From NCBI RefSeq assembly GCF_009914755.1, contig NC_060930.1: DNA of 64,000 nucleotides, one strand, 5' to 3'. The number at the start of each line of letters is the position of its first letter. Within the stretch, counting starts at the first letter, position 1. Source of the stretch: the human T2T-CHM13v2.0 reference genome, Homo sapiens. Position numbers and translations under genes: made by a program. The notes under the pieces are model-generated. The model was not told where the DNA came from. It did no database searches and saw nothing but the letters and a program-made list of their open reading frames with translations. Positions 25,800 to 39,115 of the stretch are shown here, one piece after another.

Positions 25800-26440
25800 C
25801 GAAGAGCTCCGCGGCTTCCTCTAAGGCACAGGCAGCGTAATTCACATTGAGCAGAAAACCCAGGGACTACATTAGCCTTTGAAACTGAACCAAGTTCTGT
25901 GGCCGCGGTATGGCCTTCATTTCAGCTGGGGCTAGAGAGAGACGGTGGCGGTGGAGGCAGCAGAAAGAACTCCGGAAGGGAGCTCCGGGGCTGTCCGCGG
26001 CTCCTCAGGGCAGCACGGTGCCGGGCAGGCATGCTCTCCAGCCAGGGCGCTTGCAGCAACGCCCTCTCTCTTCAGGCACCATCTGCTGCGTCTCTGGGCC
26101 TGCCGGGCGTTCCGGAGCCGCAGCTCTCTACCACTTCGGTGCTACGCCCTCCCGTGACTTAACTTCGCAGTCATCTTTCGCTTCTTCCCGGGAGTCGGCG
26201 AGCGGTTTCAGTGGGAGGTACCTCGAAGCCGAGAGGCTGCAATGTAACAGCTTGTGGTGACATCAGCGCAAAGCAGGCCGAGTCCGGCCACTGGGGAGAG
26301 GGACAGCTCAGGTTCAAACACCGCGGAAACCCCGCCGACTACTTCAAAATGGGAGGGGATCCGTAGGGCTTGCGGAGGCAGAACCTGGCACCGGGAGATC
26401 CGCGAAGAAATTATTTTGTGAAGGTCCAGAGACCGCACTC
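25800..26440 (-). promoter_or_regulatory. Intragenic CpG island, probable internal promoter
   Basis: Abrupt GC- and CpG-rich ~640 bp block (ccgcgg, gccgggcg, ggcgagcg) in very AT-rich surroundings; not a repeat. Confidence 0.8.
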
Positions 26441-28291
26441 ATTTGAATACTAAATGGGAAAAGGGGGGCTACATAGGTCCCTATCCTTCAGTTGAAACCG
26501 CACTTTTACACTGAAGAATCTGATGCTTCAGCAGTATCTGCGATGCAAAGTGCAGATCACTTTGAAGTCGAGAGTGTTTTGCCGTTCCCTTTTGAAGCCC
26601 AAGTTCAAATCTAACTGTTCTCCAGAGTAAAGTATTCCTACCAGTGAGGGGCTCTCAGCACTGCTGACATGAATATTAGTAGTTACTAATAACCATACAG
26701 TACTCTTGAGGTTAACACAAGGCCCAAGAGTGGTACTCACTGACTCCAGATATTTAATAAACAAAATCACCTCCACAGATTTTTATCTACTGAACACCCT
26801 TCTAAAAATACTGTTTGAAAATAAATTCAGCAAGCCAACTCTTAGTCTTTGTAGGAAATTTAATAGTTTTATTTAAATAAAATCTAAACATTCTCTATTT
26901 TACAAAATAAGAAACATCGTCAGAGTGTCAGTTACAAATGAAGCGGTCTTTCTTCAATCTCATAAAATAATCATTTGAACATGAACAAAACTGTGCTAAC
27001 TCCAAATGAAGAAGGCAGTTCTAGTAAAAACAACTTTATACTTTCTTTGTTAATTTTACAAAAAAGATGTGGGAGGAAACTTTTGTGCCTTTAATGAGAA
27101 AACGTTATCTCAATATTCATTCGATAAATCTAAGAGTTGAATCTTTTTTAAAAAAATCTTTTCATAATGAAAACTCTATCGGTAACTCATCCATTCAACA
27201 ATTATTAGATTATTAGATGCAACTCAGTATGTGGCCATCATTAAGTTGACTAGATATATGACTATCTATAAAGAAAAAGAGATTTAAAAATATCCATCCA
27301 CATCACAATATCAATGCCAATTTTTCATGTTCAAGACGTGAAATATTTCAACAAGCACCTGATTCTGTGGTGTTCAAGCACACAGGCTGTAATAAGGCAC
27401 TGATAAGAGAAAGAAAAATGGTCTCATACTTACCACGCTTGAACAGTGGATTGGGCACTAGACTGGGAAATAGTAGAGGCCAAGAGTCTTACTCCCAGCT
27501 GCCGCTCTCTTGATATGTAAGCTTAGAAAACTACTTATTCATGGCAATATGAATAATAAAGTTTCCTTGAGATCTCTGAGTGCCTTTCTCTAAACACTCT
27601 AAGATCCTTACAGAACTTTTCATAATAAAGAATGGCTCTAATTCAGTTCACCTTAGACTCTAACTCTGAATCATTAGCACAATATTATTCTAGGCTTATG
27701 AAAAGCTAAGAGGAGCAACACATAACCTCACATTTGAGGTGGGTAGTACATTTTTAAAACTGCACAAATAATTCATTCATAAATTAAATGATTCAAAAAA
27801 ATAGCACTCACTGTCTGCCAAACAACATGTAAGCACTGGAAAAATGATGTTGTAAAGACATAGCCACCACTGTCCTTACACCACTTACACTAGAATGGGA
27901 ATGTGAATGAGAAAATGGCCATGACACAGTTCGGAAGTAAACAGTGCTATGGGAAAATATTCCTAGTTAATTGAGTTCAAGTATACACCACTTATTTAAT
28001 AACTAAATTCCTTTTTTATTGAACTGATTTTTATATTGATTCACATTAAGATTTGTGCTATTAAAATTTGTCACAATAATTTACATATATCTTTGTTACT
28101 TGAAATCACATTCCAAAGTCTTACCTGGATGACATGTAAGAGCTCATATATAGAGCAGAACCGGACTGGTTTATTTTTCCCCAAAAATTTGGTTTAGACA
28201 GCTACTATAAATGTTATAGCCTCTAATGTTAATAAAATCAAGATATATTAAACCATGTTAAATATTAATCATGATATCTAGATCCATCACA

Positions 28292-28578
28292 TTTTCTTTT
28301 TTTCTGAGACAGGGTCTTGCTCTGTCACCCAGGCTGAAATGCAGTGGCATGATCACAGCTCACTGCAGCCTTGACCTCTCGGGCTCATGTGATCCTCCTG
28401 TCTCAGCCTCCCAAGTACAGATGCGCACCACTACACCTGGCTAATTTTAAAAATTTTTTGTGGAGATGGGGTCTCACTCTGTTGCCCAGGATGGTTTTGA
28501 ACACCTGGGCTCAAGCAGTCCTCCTGCCTCAGTCTCCCAAAGTGCTGGGATTACAGGCATGACCCACTGTGCCCAGCC
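28292..28578 (-). mobile_element. AluJ-type SINE
   Basis: Alu body with TSD-like tcacattttc on both sides. Confidence 0.9.
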
Positions 28579-29615
28579 CCCTCACATTTTCACAATGAGA
28601 GAAATACATAATAAGGTAAGTAAAGTTTTCCTGAAAAATAGCCAACACTATTATTTCATAATACAGAAATCATAATGCTGTTTTCAAAATGTAGCTTTAC
28701 TTACTTTTTGTAGCCTACTAGATATAATCCAGCTAAACTATCTACTAAAGCAGATGATTTCAGAAAAGTACACAACTACTAATTGAATTATAAGCAAAAC
28801 AGTAATATTTTCTCATTTTATATTCCTAAAGTTTAATTAAATCTTTTAAAAGGAAAGTCCCTGAAAAGTCTTCCCACTAAGTGCAACAATGTACATCATA
28901 GAAAAGTTTTATCATTCACATTTATGATTATTATTTACACATTATTTACTCATAGAAAAGAGCAATTTTATCAGCTGAAACATGGAGGTTTTAGGGTTGA
29001 AGGATTGGAGGTATTAAGTTCAATGTGCAGTAAGTGAAAAATGTCTATGTAAGTAAACGCACTATTATCAATGAATAACTCTTGGCCTGATAGCTCTTGA
29101 AATCAGGATGAGAAGTCAAACAAGGGATATGCGTTTTGTGCTGCAAGTACATAAACAGGCATTAAGAGCAAAAATTGTTCTTTCTAAAACAAATAAGCCA
29201 TTAGCTAATGAAAACTGAAGGCATGCTATATTTTTAGTTTTCAAACTATTAAATTTATTCACATAAATGGCTAAACGTTTCCAAAGATATGAATATGCAT
29301 CATATGAATATGCAATAACTATTTATTTCATGGGAATACAGTTTATATTTAGAAGAAAGTAGAATATTCTCATCCTAAAGCCCTAAACCGATTTAGAAAC
29401 AAGAGATTCACCAACTGATCTTGACAGGAGTTTATCTTGATGTGAACCTTAGTTAATATCTTTAATGAGCACTTGCTCTTCTTCCTGTAAGTTACTACAA
29501 TACTAAGACTATGCCTTTCCCACATCTTCAATGAGGTTTTCTGGTGACAGTGAAAAAAAATTCTATGTAACAGAAGATGATTCTATATATAAATCTTATT
29601 AATTGAAATATATAC

Positions 29616-29622
<7 letters not shown>

Positions 29623-29664
<42 letters not shown>
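29623..29664. repeat. (TA)n microsatellite
   Basis: About 21 consecutive AT units. Confidence 0.95.
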
Positions 29665-29668
<4 letters not shown>

Positions 29669-31359
29669 GTCAAAAAGTTCATTTAAAGAAAAGCTATCCA
29701 GCAAGCAGAAGCAACTCACATGTTAATGGCCCTATTCAATTTTCTTCAGAGAAAAAAAAAAACAAACAAAATCTGGAAATACTTTTCATATTAAAATACT
29801 GACAAAAGAAATAAAGCTTGAAATGAAGACAACTGGAGATATGTGAGAATAGGATCTGTGAGCACAGACATTTTCTTGTTGTATCCAGTTCTTGAGCAGC
29901 TCCAGACACTTTTCACTTAAAATCGTAGCATTTCCTTATCCTACATTGTTATTAATGAATGATTAGAGACCTAGATAAACATTTACCACTCAAATGTTCT
30001 TTTCAAGAAACCAATGTCTAATTTCATAACAAGGCAAATTCTTCTCTGTCTCTCTCTCACACACAACTTTAAGCAACTTTCCATATTAATAAAATACATT
30101 ATGAAGGTTTCCTTTGATCAAAGGTGGGCCTATAATAATGACAGTAGATACCGCAGTTTGGCTGTTTTATTGGATCACTCTAAAATGGTGATATAGGTTT
30201 ATCAAGGTAAAAGCAAAACAAAATAACAACTACCAAAAAATCCTACATTATAAAATCTCTGGCTGGAACTGCCTTCAGAACAACCAACTTTAATTCCTCA
30301 ATCTCAAATGAAGGAATAAAAGTTAAGAGGAGCTCTGTGACATAAAGGGCCGTAGCATTAGTTAGCAGCAAAACTGAAAAGAGAACATGTTGCAAAGTTC
30401 CCTTTTGACAGCCCTTTCCGAGAAGTATGGTATATTCCTTGTATCATGTGAAAAAGAGGGTATCCACCTGTTATGCCTAGTTTGTGTGGATAAGAATATG
30501 AGGTGTTAATAATACCACACAGCAGATCAGCTCCACCTCTTCATAGCTAGGTGTGGTCTCTGCTTCAGTAGGGCTTCTCTCTTGACCAGCATATGGAGTA
30601 TTCTTTCTTCCTAAAGTTGTTAAATGCCACTTTGCTCTGGGTTTATTAAATAATGTGATCTTCCTATAAAAGCCATGCATCTAGTTACAGTGTCTATAGT
30701 GGAAATATTTTCACCATTAAAAATACCAGAGGAAGGGAACATGCAACCCCTTTGCTAAGGTAGCTTCATTAACAAAAATCCAATCTATTAAGGAATTTTC
30801 CCTAACAAAAACCTCTTCTGCAACAGTTTTATCTAATTTCCCCATTCTTAATAAAATGGAAAATAATTTGTCATTGACCTCTATATAACAATATGAACAC
30901 TTTAAAAGTACTATTAAAGCAGTTTTTGGACAGTTTGATTTTCAATATGGTGACATCAGAGGTTGTTTCTGGATCATTTGATAAACACCATAATAAGAAT
31001 TTGTGCTCAAACTGCCTGTCTTCCTTAGCCCCATGCTACTTGGCATTTTGGTTTACCGAATATTAAAATAATGATGCCTGGGTTAAACAATGCCTTCACC
31101 TGGACCAGAGAAAATTTATTACAGTATAATTAGGCATATGTTCTGCTCTTTGTCTCTGGTTTCAACTTGGCTTAAAAATCCTCTGCTCAATGTAATTCTA
31201 TGTCCATTTGAAAATAAAAAGAAATCCTCAGAGAGAATGTACTGGAGATGTACTCATTTGTGGGGACAAAATGAATTACAATTGGGGCAGCAACAGAGTG
31301 GCCAGAAATAAACTGTAAGCAGGTTCTGAGGTAAGGCATTTTTTCACAATGGTCTAGAT

Positions 31360-31584
31360 CAGGGGTGTCCAATCTTTTGGCTTCCCTGGGCCACACTGGA
31401 AGAAGAAGAGTTGTCTTAGGCCACCCATAAAATACACTAACAGCAATGACAGCTGATGAGCTTTAAAAAATGGCAAAAAAAATCTTGTCATGTTATTTAA
31501 GAAAGTTTATGAATTTGTGTTGGGCCACATTCAAAGCCATCCTGGGCCACAGGTGGGCCGTGGGCCATGGGTGGGACAAGCTTG
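31360..31584 (+). mobile_element. MER30 hAT-Charlie non-autonomous DNA transposon
   Basis: caggggtgtccaatcttttggcttccctgggccac...ggacaagcttg; 8-bp TSD gtctagat/gcctagat. Confidence 0.88.
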
Positions 31585-33179
31585 GCCTAGATAGAGGTGG
31601 GGAAGGTACAGATTTAGCTAGGACTCATTAAAGCATCAAGTTTCTTTGATTTTCATTGAAATTAAATCATGCAATATGGTGATAATGGTTACTTCATAAT
31701 GATCAGAAGACCTGATTGGCTGTTAATCACATAATAGGAATTACTGGGATGCATTCCTTGTATACAGTCAGTTACATATGTCTTTGATAAATAATAATGT
31801 GTTAATATTAATGTTACTTAATAATGTGGTTTAGATTTGAAGATAATCTTGAGCTAGGAGTCTTCAGATAGGAGTAGGGATAGAGGGAACACCAAAGGAG
31901 TTTCTTTCTTCCTGCCTAGAGACAAACAGAATCGCCCTGCTATTCATTCCACCAATTTATAACAGTGTGCATAGAATTTAAACGTAATCATAAATAAGTG
32001 TAAGTGGAAAATGGTACTCTAACTTACCAACAGTATAGAAAACACTTCACCCTTCAGACATGTTAGTCCAATGACTAGTATTCAGAAGTAGAAAAACTTA
32101 TGTACAACAGAACTTATATATAATCAAAATAGTTTTAAAACGTCAAGCTAACTAACACAAAAGATAACACCAATCTACTTTCAAAATCTCAGGATAGTTT
32201 TCACTGAGTGAGTTAGGACATTTGGTTTAGAATAGCATTTGCTTTAAGTATTATGTTTGAATTGGTATCTTAAACATGAACGAATGAATTTTGTCCTTGT
32301 CTTTACAAGAAAACCTCAAGTAACTATTAACAGCTATTTCTTGAACTATAGAAAGAAAAACAGAATCGGGGAAGTCTATCAAACCTGCTTTAAATCCTCT
32401 ATTACGGGTCCAGTGAATAGAAGGCACCCCCTGCTGAGTAACTGGGTAATAGCTATTATTCTCAGTTCTGCTCAGAAGGCAGTTTATTTTGTATTAAGAA
32501 AAACTATTATAGGATTTTATCTGTGACATTAGGTTAAACTAAAGCTACCAGATAGATTAATGTCAAACTAGATTATATTTCAAAGTCAATAAGGAAGACA
32601 GACTCAGTCCTTCACTACTTTTCTGTTTCACTTTTAGGAATTATAACTAGCTTTTCACTCAATACAAATCATTCCATTTAAAAAATTTAAAAAACTTTCC
32701 AAAAATTATGTTAAAACTAATGTTTAACAAAAGTCTAAGGCCCAACAGAAACTAAATTAAATACTGAACTGTAAACAAGTCAATTTACTACTTTAACCAA
32801 GAAAGATATAATCACTAAAACAATGAAATGTTTGGCTCCATCTCAGTAGCAGCAGTAGTGGTGATCACTGGACTCTCCACCATCAACATCATCATTATCA
32901 TCATCACCCTTATCATATCACGGCACCTACATAACATCAGTTTCTAAGACTGTTTTACATGTTCATCTCATATTTCTCATAGCTGCTAGTTTTATAGAAC
33001 ATGTTCCTTAAGTGGGTGTTCTTGGTATTTTGGATTAAAATGAACAATGGCTGGGTATTCGGGCTGTCTAAATTAGGCTACAGCAAAGATGATTAGAAAA
33101 TCCCCCAGAGAAAATACCAGATGTGAAACATGGATGACAAATAAAGTTTACACGAAGCAGTGCATCATTTTCATCAAAA

Positions 33180-33350
33180 GAATCAGGTTCTGACACTATC
33201 CGTGTGACCTTGGACAAGTCACTTAACCTCCTTGAGCCTAGGCTTCTTTATAATAAGATGCAGAATAGTAATAGCATCTACCTCTCATGACTGTTAACAG
33301 GATTAAAGATAAATTAAAATAGTGCTTGACACATAGTAAGCCCATAATAA
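33180..33350 (+). mobile_element. MIR SINE
   Basis: tgtgaccttggacaagtcacttaacctccttgagcct...gtgcttgacacatagtaagc. Confidence 0.75.
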
Positions 33351-35458
33351 ATTGATTTGTTGATTATTGTAATTACTATTTTTAAGGAATACACACACAC
33401 ACATACACAGATAAATGGAATTAGTGGTTGTGTGAGCTACCATAATCATATTCTTGTCCTTTTTTTACCTATGGCACTGGAATATACTAAATGCAGAGTA
33501 TTTGTCTACTTGAAAACTTTTTTTTCAAGTCACTGGGTTTCAAGATACTGAAAGTATGCCATGATGTTCTTTATTGCTGAATTTCAATAAAATCAATCAA
33601 CTCTTTCCAAATAATCTGAAAGCAAACAAACACAGCATGCTAAATGGTTTATTTTAGGAGAAATTATCACTCTATATTTCTTCAAAATCAAATAAAACAA
33701 TCTCTGTAGCTATTAATGGTAATGTTACTTATTTGGGACTTTGCAGTTTGCAAAACACTTTCAGTGCAATGGTGAGAAAGCTCCTCCTATCTCTTGCTTT
33801 TTCTTACTTTCAGTTCTCCACATGAACAGCCACATTTTTCACTGTACTTGGGAACACCAAAGGGGAGACACCCGCAAATAGCAGCACCAGTATTATTACT
33901 TTGTCCATTGTCTTACAAGTAGTTAGAAACAGCAAAGAGAAATGAAGGTCTTTTTTCTAAACAAATGCACAGGAAACCGAAAGAAATCATAATGTTTCAC
34001 AATTTAACCATTTAATGTGGTTAAATTTCATTAGTATAAACAGTACTTGGTTACTGTCATTTAATCTTTAAGGTGCTGACAGGGTTCTAGAGAGAATTCC
34101 AAACTTTACTGACGAAGGAAGAGTTGCTCCCAAGATCTCTCCCAGTCTTTGATGCAGCAATTGCCACAGAACTATGTTTTTCTAATAGAGGATTCTCTCA
34201 CGTGAAATCTTTATTTTGCAAATCAGAAATATAAAAATTTGACAGAGCAATGAAGGAGGTCAAGTCAACAATAAGGACGTTTCCTTCACCTTCAAGAATC
34301 AAGAACTAAATACAGAATCACAGCTTTGTGAGCCTTGAAGGAACTGGGCTTCAAAGGCGTTTAATAAACTGCAAATAATCATAACTAATAACAATACAAA
34401 GAAAAAGAAGGTATTTTTCAAGATTCAGTCACCTAAATAATGTTATTAAAGACAAGCAAATGAAAGAGTTTATCAACTATAACTGCACAGAATTTGGAAG
34501 TCCATTTGATTCATATTCATCTCTCAAAGAAAATAATTTGTGGTTTTATAAACTGTTTTTATTTGGTCTTAGTTTATTCTTTATGCACTAATGGTGCAAT
34601 ATATCTTTGCCAGTAAAACACACCTCATAAATATAACAGGAGCTGTGAAACCCTAAAGGTTTATATCAGCCCCATATAGAAAATTGCTTGCTATTTAGGA
34701 CCCTTTGTTTCCAGGGATAAACCTATCTTTGTCCCCTATACAGATGTGACTTCTGTTCTCACTATCATAAATAAGGCCAAATCCAATGACACGGAAACTG
34801 GCCCACCATTTTTATCAAATGTTTCATTCATTAAGTGTCATTGATCACTGTTGAGTGGCAGTCATTTCTTGGCACTGAGGAGCTTATGTCATGCAATAAA
34901 AAAAAAATTCACCTCTAATCCTCTGGGGCATGAGCCTAAGACCTTTGTTTAATGAAACAGATTACAACATGGAACTCCATATTGCCTTTAAAAATATGAG
35001 CTTTTAGAAGAAAAATGTCTGTGGAAGAAATTAAGAAGGATGAGAAGATAATTATAAAAAGAAAGGGCAGAAAAGACGGTAATTCACCATTGAAGAAATT
35101 GCTGGAAGATAAACATCTGCAATAGAGTTCAAAACACAGCCACGGTCACCACAGATGGCAATTGTGAATAATTCCAGAAATGGACCCTATGATGTCAGTT
35201 TCTGGCTTGCCTGGAACTTTGCCAAGCACCCTTTGGTCTGATTTTATCTCAGACCTTATCCCACAAAGGCCCAAATCCCCAGTGGCCTTGTAACTGCCCC
35301 ACCTGCCTGGGTGTTACCCCCATATATGCTCATTCTGGCTCAAATATTGTATGACAATCATTATTAAAAAGTTCTACAAAATAGGCAATCTCCTTTCTAA
35401 GCAAATTAGAAACTTCATTGACAATAAAAACACTGGGTAAAAATGAAGAGTTCCCTAC

Positions 35459-36930
35459 CTTGAACATGTTAAGCTGCTGATTAATTGTCTCCGTTTCCAT
35501 ACCAACAGGACCTTGTGACTCTTCATGTTCTTCGGCTTTCTGGAGCAGAATAGAAAATTCTTTCAATTTGCTGTAAAATTCTTCAAGGCGCTTAATTGTC
35601 CCTTCAACCTGCTCTTCTCTGGCTTGGGCTCGGTCCAGTAACTTGTTGCATTGTTTGCTTAAGGCCTCCAAGTCCCTTTTGATTCCAACAAGGTCAGGAG
35701 AGGTTTCTTCTGTGGCTAACATCATCTTGCAGGTTTTATTGGCATTGTCATTGCTTGCTATGAGGGCTTCTAGTTTCTTTAGAAAGGCTTTTATAGTTTC
35801 CTTTTGCTTTTGCAATGTTTCTGCATCTCTCCCCACTGGAGCCATGCTATCCAGTTCATCATCAAACTCTGCGAACTGAGAAAACATTTCTCGAATGGTA
35901 TTCTGGAAATGCCCAATGCCCTGAAGCTTGGTTTCTAAGAAAGAACACTTTTCATCAACCTGCTGACTTAGTGTACTATGCTCTTGAGCTATGGTTTCCA
36001 CTTGTAATAAAACATCAGAGGCTCCCTTTGAGTCTGAGGCCTCTACCACAAGGTCCTGTGCAAGTCTTTTAGCCAAATCTACCTGATGCTTCAAGGCCTG
36101 AAGTGATTTCTGCTGAGTTTGCAACATGGTCAGGTATTTGTTACTGTAAGCCTGGGATCCCAGCGAATCATGGATATCTAGCTGCTCCTTTGCACACTGA
36201 AGCTGCCTTTTAGATTCTTTGGAAACTTCTTGAAATTCTTTAAACTTCTGAGTCATGTTCTCCAGACAGAATTTCTTACTGTGAAGTTGTTCAGTGACCA
36301 TGTCCACCTTCTGGATCAGTGACTTATTCTCATCTGTAACAACTTCTTTATCTATCTCACAGACACTGAGCAAGCTATTGGCTGTGTTGTTCAGTAATTC
36401 TACCATACCAAAGTGTTGGTCCATTTCCTTCTGCAGAGACTTTAACTTGGCAATAGAATTCTCTCCTTCAGCAGGATCCAAGCAAAATTTTATTTCCTCC
36501 AGGTTGTTTTGGCATTTGTCTATCCATGGCCAGAGAGTCTCTACTTGCTCTTTATACTTAAGGGCTTTTTCCAATGACTCTTTTAACTTGTTTTCTCTTT
36601 CTTTCACCTGCTTATTAAATGTATCCCAATTGGTTTTAATTGTATTAAGCTGTAACTGTAAGGCTGCCTTCTCAGACCCTTGTGTTTTTAATAACAGATT
36701 TTCACCTTCTGCAATGGTTTTTTCATACATATGAGACTGAGCGGTCAAAGTTTTACTAAAGTCTTTATGATCTTTAATTAATGACTCCAAGACATCGAGT
36801 TTGGCAGATATTGGATGAGATTTGTTTTGCTCTTCTTTCTTTGTATCCAGCCAAGCCTGAAAATCTCTAGACATTTGCTGAAATTGATGAGAGCTTGCAC
36901 AGGCCGACTGAAGGTGCTGGACATGATTCT
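35459..36930 (-). CDS. DST: DST large exon, 1472 nt, phase 1-0 ([17 protein letters not shown]...QQLNMFK)
   Basis: atttctag|AG acceptor, AAG|gtaggg donor; 514-aa ORF of tandem spectrin repeats. Confidence 0.97.
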
Positions 36931-37345
36931 CTAGAAATAAAATTACAAGATATGTTTATTTTACATCAAAATGTTAATTTAATCTATGAAAAGCCAAAAT
37001 AAAAATCTCTGAATGAATATATAGAATTGTTGAAAAGCAAGGGCTTTTAGCATTGACTATAAGAACTACAAGTGAACTTAAGTTATTGACAAAGGGGAAA
37101 AGAAGCAAGAAGTAGGCAGAAGAAAATACACAATCAAGAAAAGATGCAGGATACAGATGAGAGGGGAAAACAAAGAATAAGGAAATAAGTAAAAATGCAT
37201 CAAGGTGCAGGGAGTGGCCATGCCACACATCGCCTGCTGTGCTGGTGTCTTCTCTATTCCAGTATGGAGAAGTGATGATGGCAAAGTTCTTAATTATGTT
37301 GATAAATAATCCATCTCTTATTAAATATGACTTTTTCGCGTCTAT

Positions 37346-37348
<3 letters not shown>

Positions 37349-37377
<29 letters not shown>

Positions 37378-37658
37378 GAGGCAGAGTCTCGCTCTGTCAC
37401 CCAGACTGGAGTGTTGAGGCGCTATCTCAGCTCACTGCAAGCTCCTCCTCCTGGGTTCACACCATTCTCCTGCCTCAGCCTCCTGAGTAGCTGGGACTAC
37501 AGGCACCCGCCACCACGCCCGGCTAATTTTTTGTATTTTTAGTAGAGACAGGGTTTCACCGTGTTAGCCAGGATGGTCTCGATCTCCTGACCTCGTGATC
37601 CGCCGGCCTCGGCCTCCCAAAGTGCTGGGATTACAGGTGTGAGCCACCGCTCCTGGCC
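37349..37658 (-). mobile_element. AluY-type SINE, full length
   Basis: 29-nt poly-T, AluY-like diagnostics (ccattctcctgcctc, gtgttagccaggatggtctcgatc), TSD cgtctatgactttt. Confidence 0.93.
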
Positions 37659-37679
37659 ACGTCTATGACTTTTACATAT

Positions 37680-37900
37680 TATGGAGGCAACATAATGTAG
37701 CACATAAAAACTACATGAGTTTGTATCTTGGTTTAACCTCTTCAGAGTTGGAAGACCCCAGGCAAATGATTAAACCTTTAAGCCTAATTTCTCCCACTGT
37801 AAATTGACAATATTAATAGTAGGTATACAGATTAAATTACAGTACATGTAAAGCTTTTAGTTTAATACCTATCACATAACTGTTCATACCATTAAGAATA
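37680..37900 (+). mobile_element. MIR SINE, degenerate
   Basis: ggcaaatgattaaacctttaagcctaatttctcccactgtaaattg MIR core. Confidence 0.55.
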
Positions 37901-38619
37901 ATAATGATAATAGCTGATATTTACTATTGTTAATGTCATGTCAAATAAAGGAATAAGTCTGAAACAGTTGCTGTGATCAGTAAATCCAATCAATTAAAAA
38001 GCATAACTTGAGTATCTACTAGGTGCAAGAAACTAGAAACTTTTCAAACAGAACAAACTTAACAACAAAATGTGTCTTTCTTCATCAGGGCTTTCTGATG
38101 AAGTGAATTCTAATAATTCACTGCTACCTCTGACAAATATCATCACATATGCCACAGAATTATAGCCACAGTGAGAGAGGAAAATAGTGACAAATGCCTC
38201 TCTTTCGCACATTTCTCTAGAAAAGTTTTCTATGACAGAATAGATAAAGTAACAGCAGATGAGAAGATGATGCAAAGCCTTTTACTAACTATTCATGTTT
38301 TTTTCTGGCTAAATAAGACTTTCATACAGCAAAAAACATTTACATTTTTTAAAAACCAGTTTGGGGTACCTGAGATTTTAATAGGCCTTCAGGAAGCCAA
38401 TTTTGCCAACAGATTATGTGTGTAGAATGACCCTAACATTCCATGTGCCTATGAACACAAAACTGCTCTCTGAGCTCCTGTATTCATCCTCCTCTTCACT
38501 GATGTTAACAGTGGGGCAGAGTCTCTTTGGGGTCCTGGATTATTGGCAACATCTTGGAAATAGGCAATATATGACATTTATTTCTGACCAGGAAATATAT
38601 GTATTAAAAGTAGACAAAC

Positions 38620-39115
38620 CTGCTTTCTGTTCAACATCCTTAAATGATTTTAAGATGCCTTCTAGTTGCCTACTAAGTTCTGCTTTCAAGTACTCTTCTT
38701 TAACCAGTGCTGACAAATCCTCACAGAGTGCCTGGGCCACTTTTATCTGCTTCTTTTCCTGCTGTATCTCCTGCTTCATTTTTTGGGCTGTTTCCAACTG
38801 TTGGTTCATAGCATCAGGGTGCGTGCTCACAGCCAGACTGCTGCTGAGTTTATTATCCAAGTCACTCAGTTTATCAGAAAGGCTTCTCAGCAGGCTTTGA
38901 TACTGTGTGCTTTTAACAATGGCTTGGTCAATCCAGTCACATCTGTCACTCAATTGCCCTGTTAGGCTATCCCATTTTTGGGTCACAGCTGCCAGTTGCT
39001 CTTTCACAATCCCACGTAAAGAAGGGTCTTCTCCAGGCCTGCTCAGAATGCCCTGACCAGCTGCTGTCAGCTGTTCATATTGAGGTTTCCGAGTGGCGAA
39101 TTCTTGCAGCAAAAT
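38620..39115 (-). CDS. DST: DST exon, 496 nt, phase 0-1 ([16 protein letters not shown]...DVEQKA)
   Basis: ccttag|ATT acceptor, CAG|gtttgt donor. Confidence 0.95.

Noticed and set aside
25899-26438. Overlapping 70-116 aa ORFs in the CpG island
   Set aside because: Expected from stop-codon scarcity in GC-rich DNA; several begin at GTG; no recognisable protein.
26441-26448. Octamer-like ATTTGAAT suggesting an snRNA-type promoter
   Set aside because: Imperfect single motif, with no PSE or recognisable snRNA body nearby.
35643-38965. Plus-strand ORFs (e.g. 36294-36734, 38403-38900; likewise 55382-55744)
   Set aside because: They are antisense shadows of DST coding exons, with no independent start, splice or promoter evidence.
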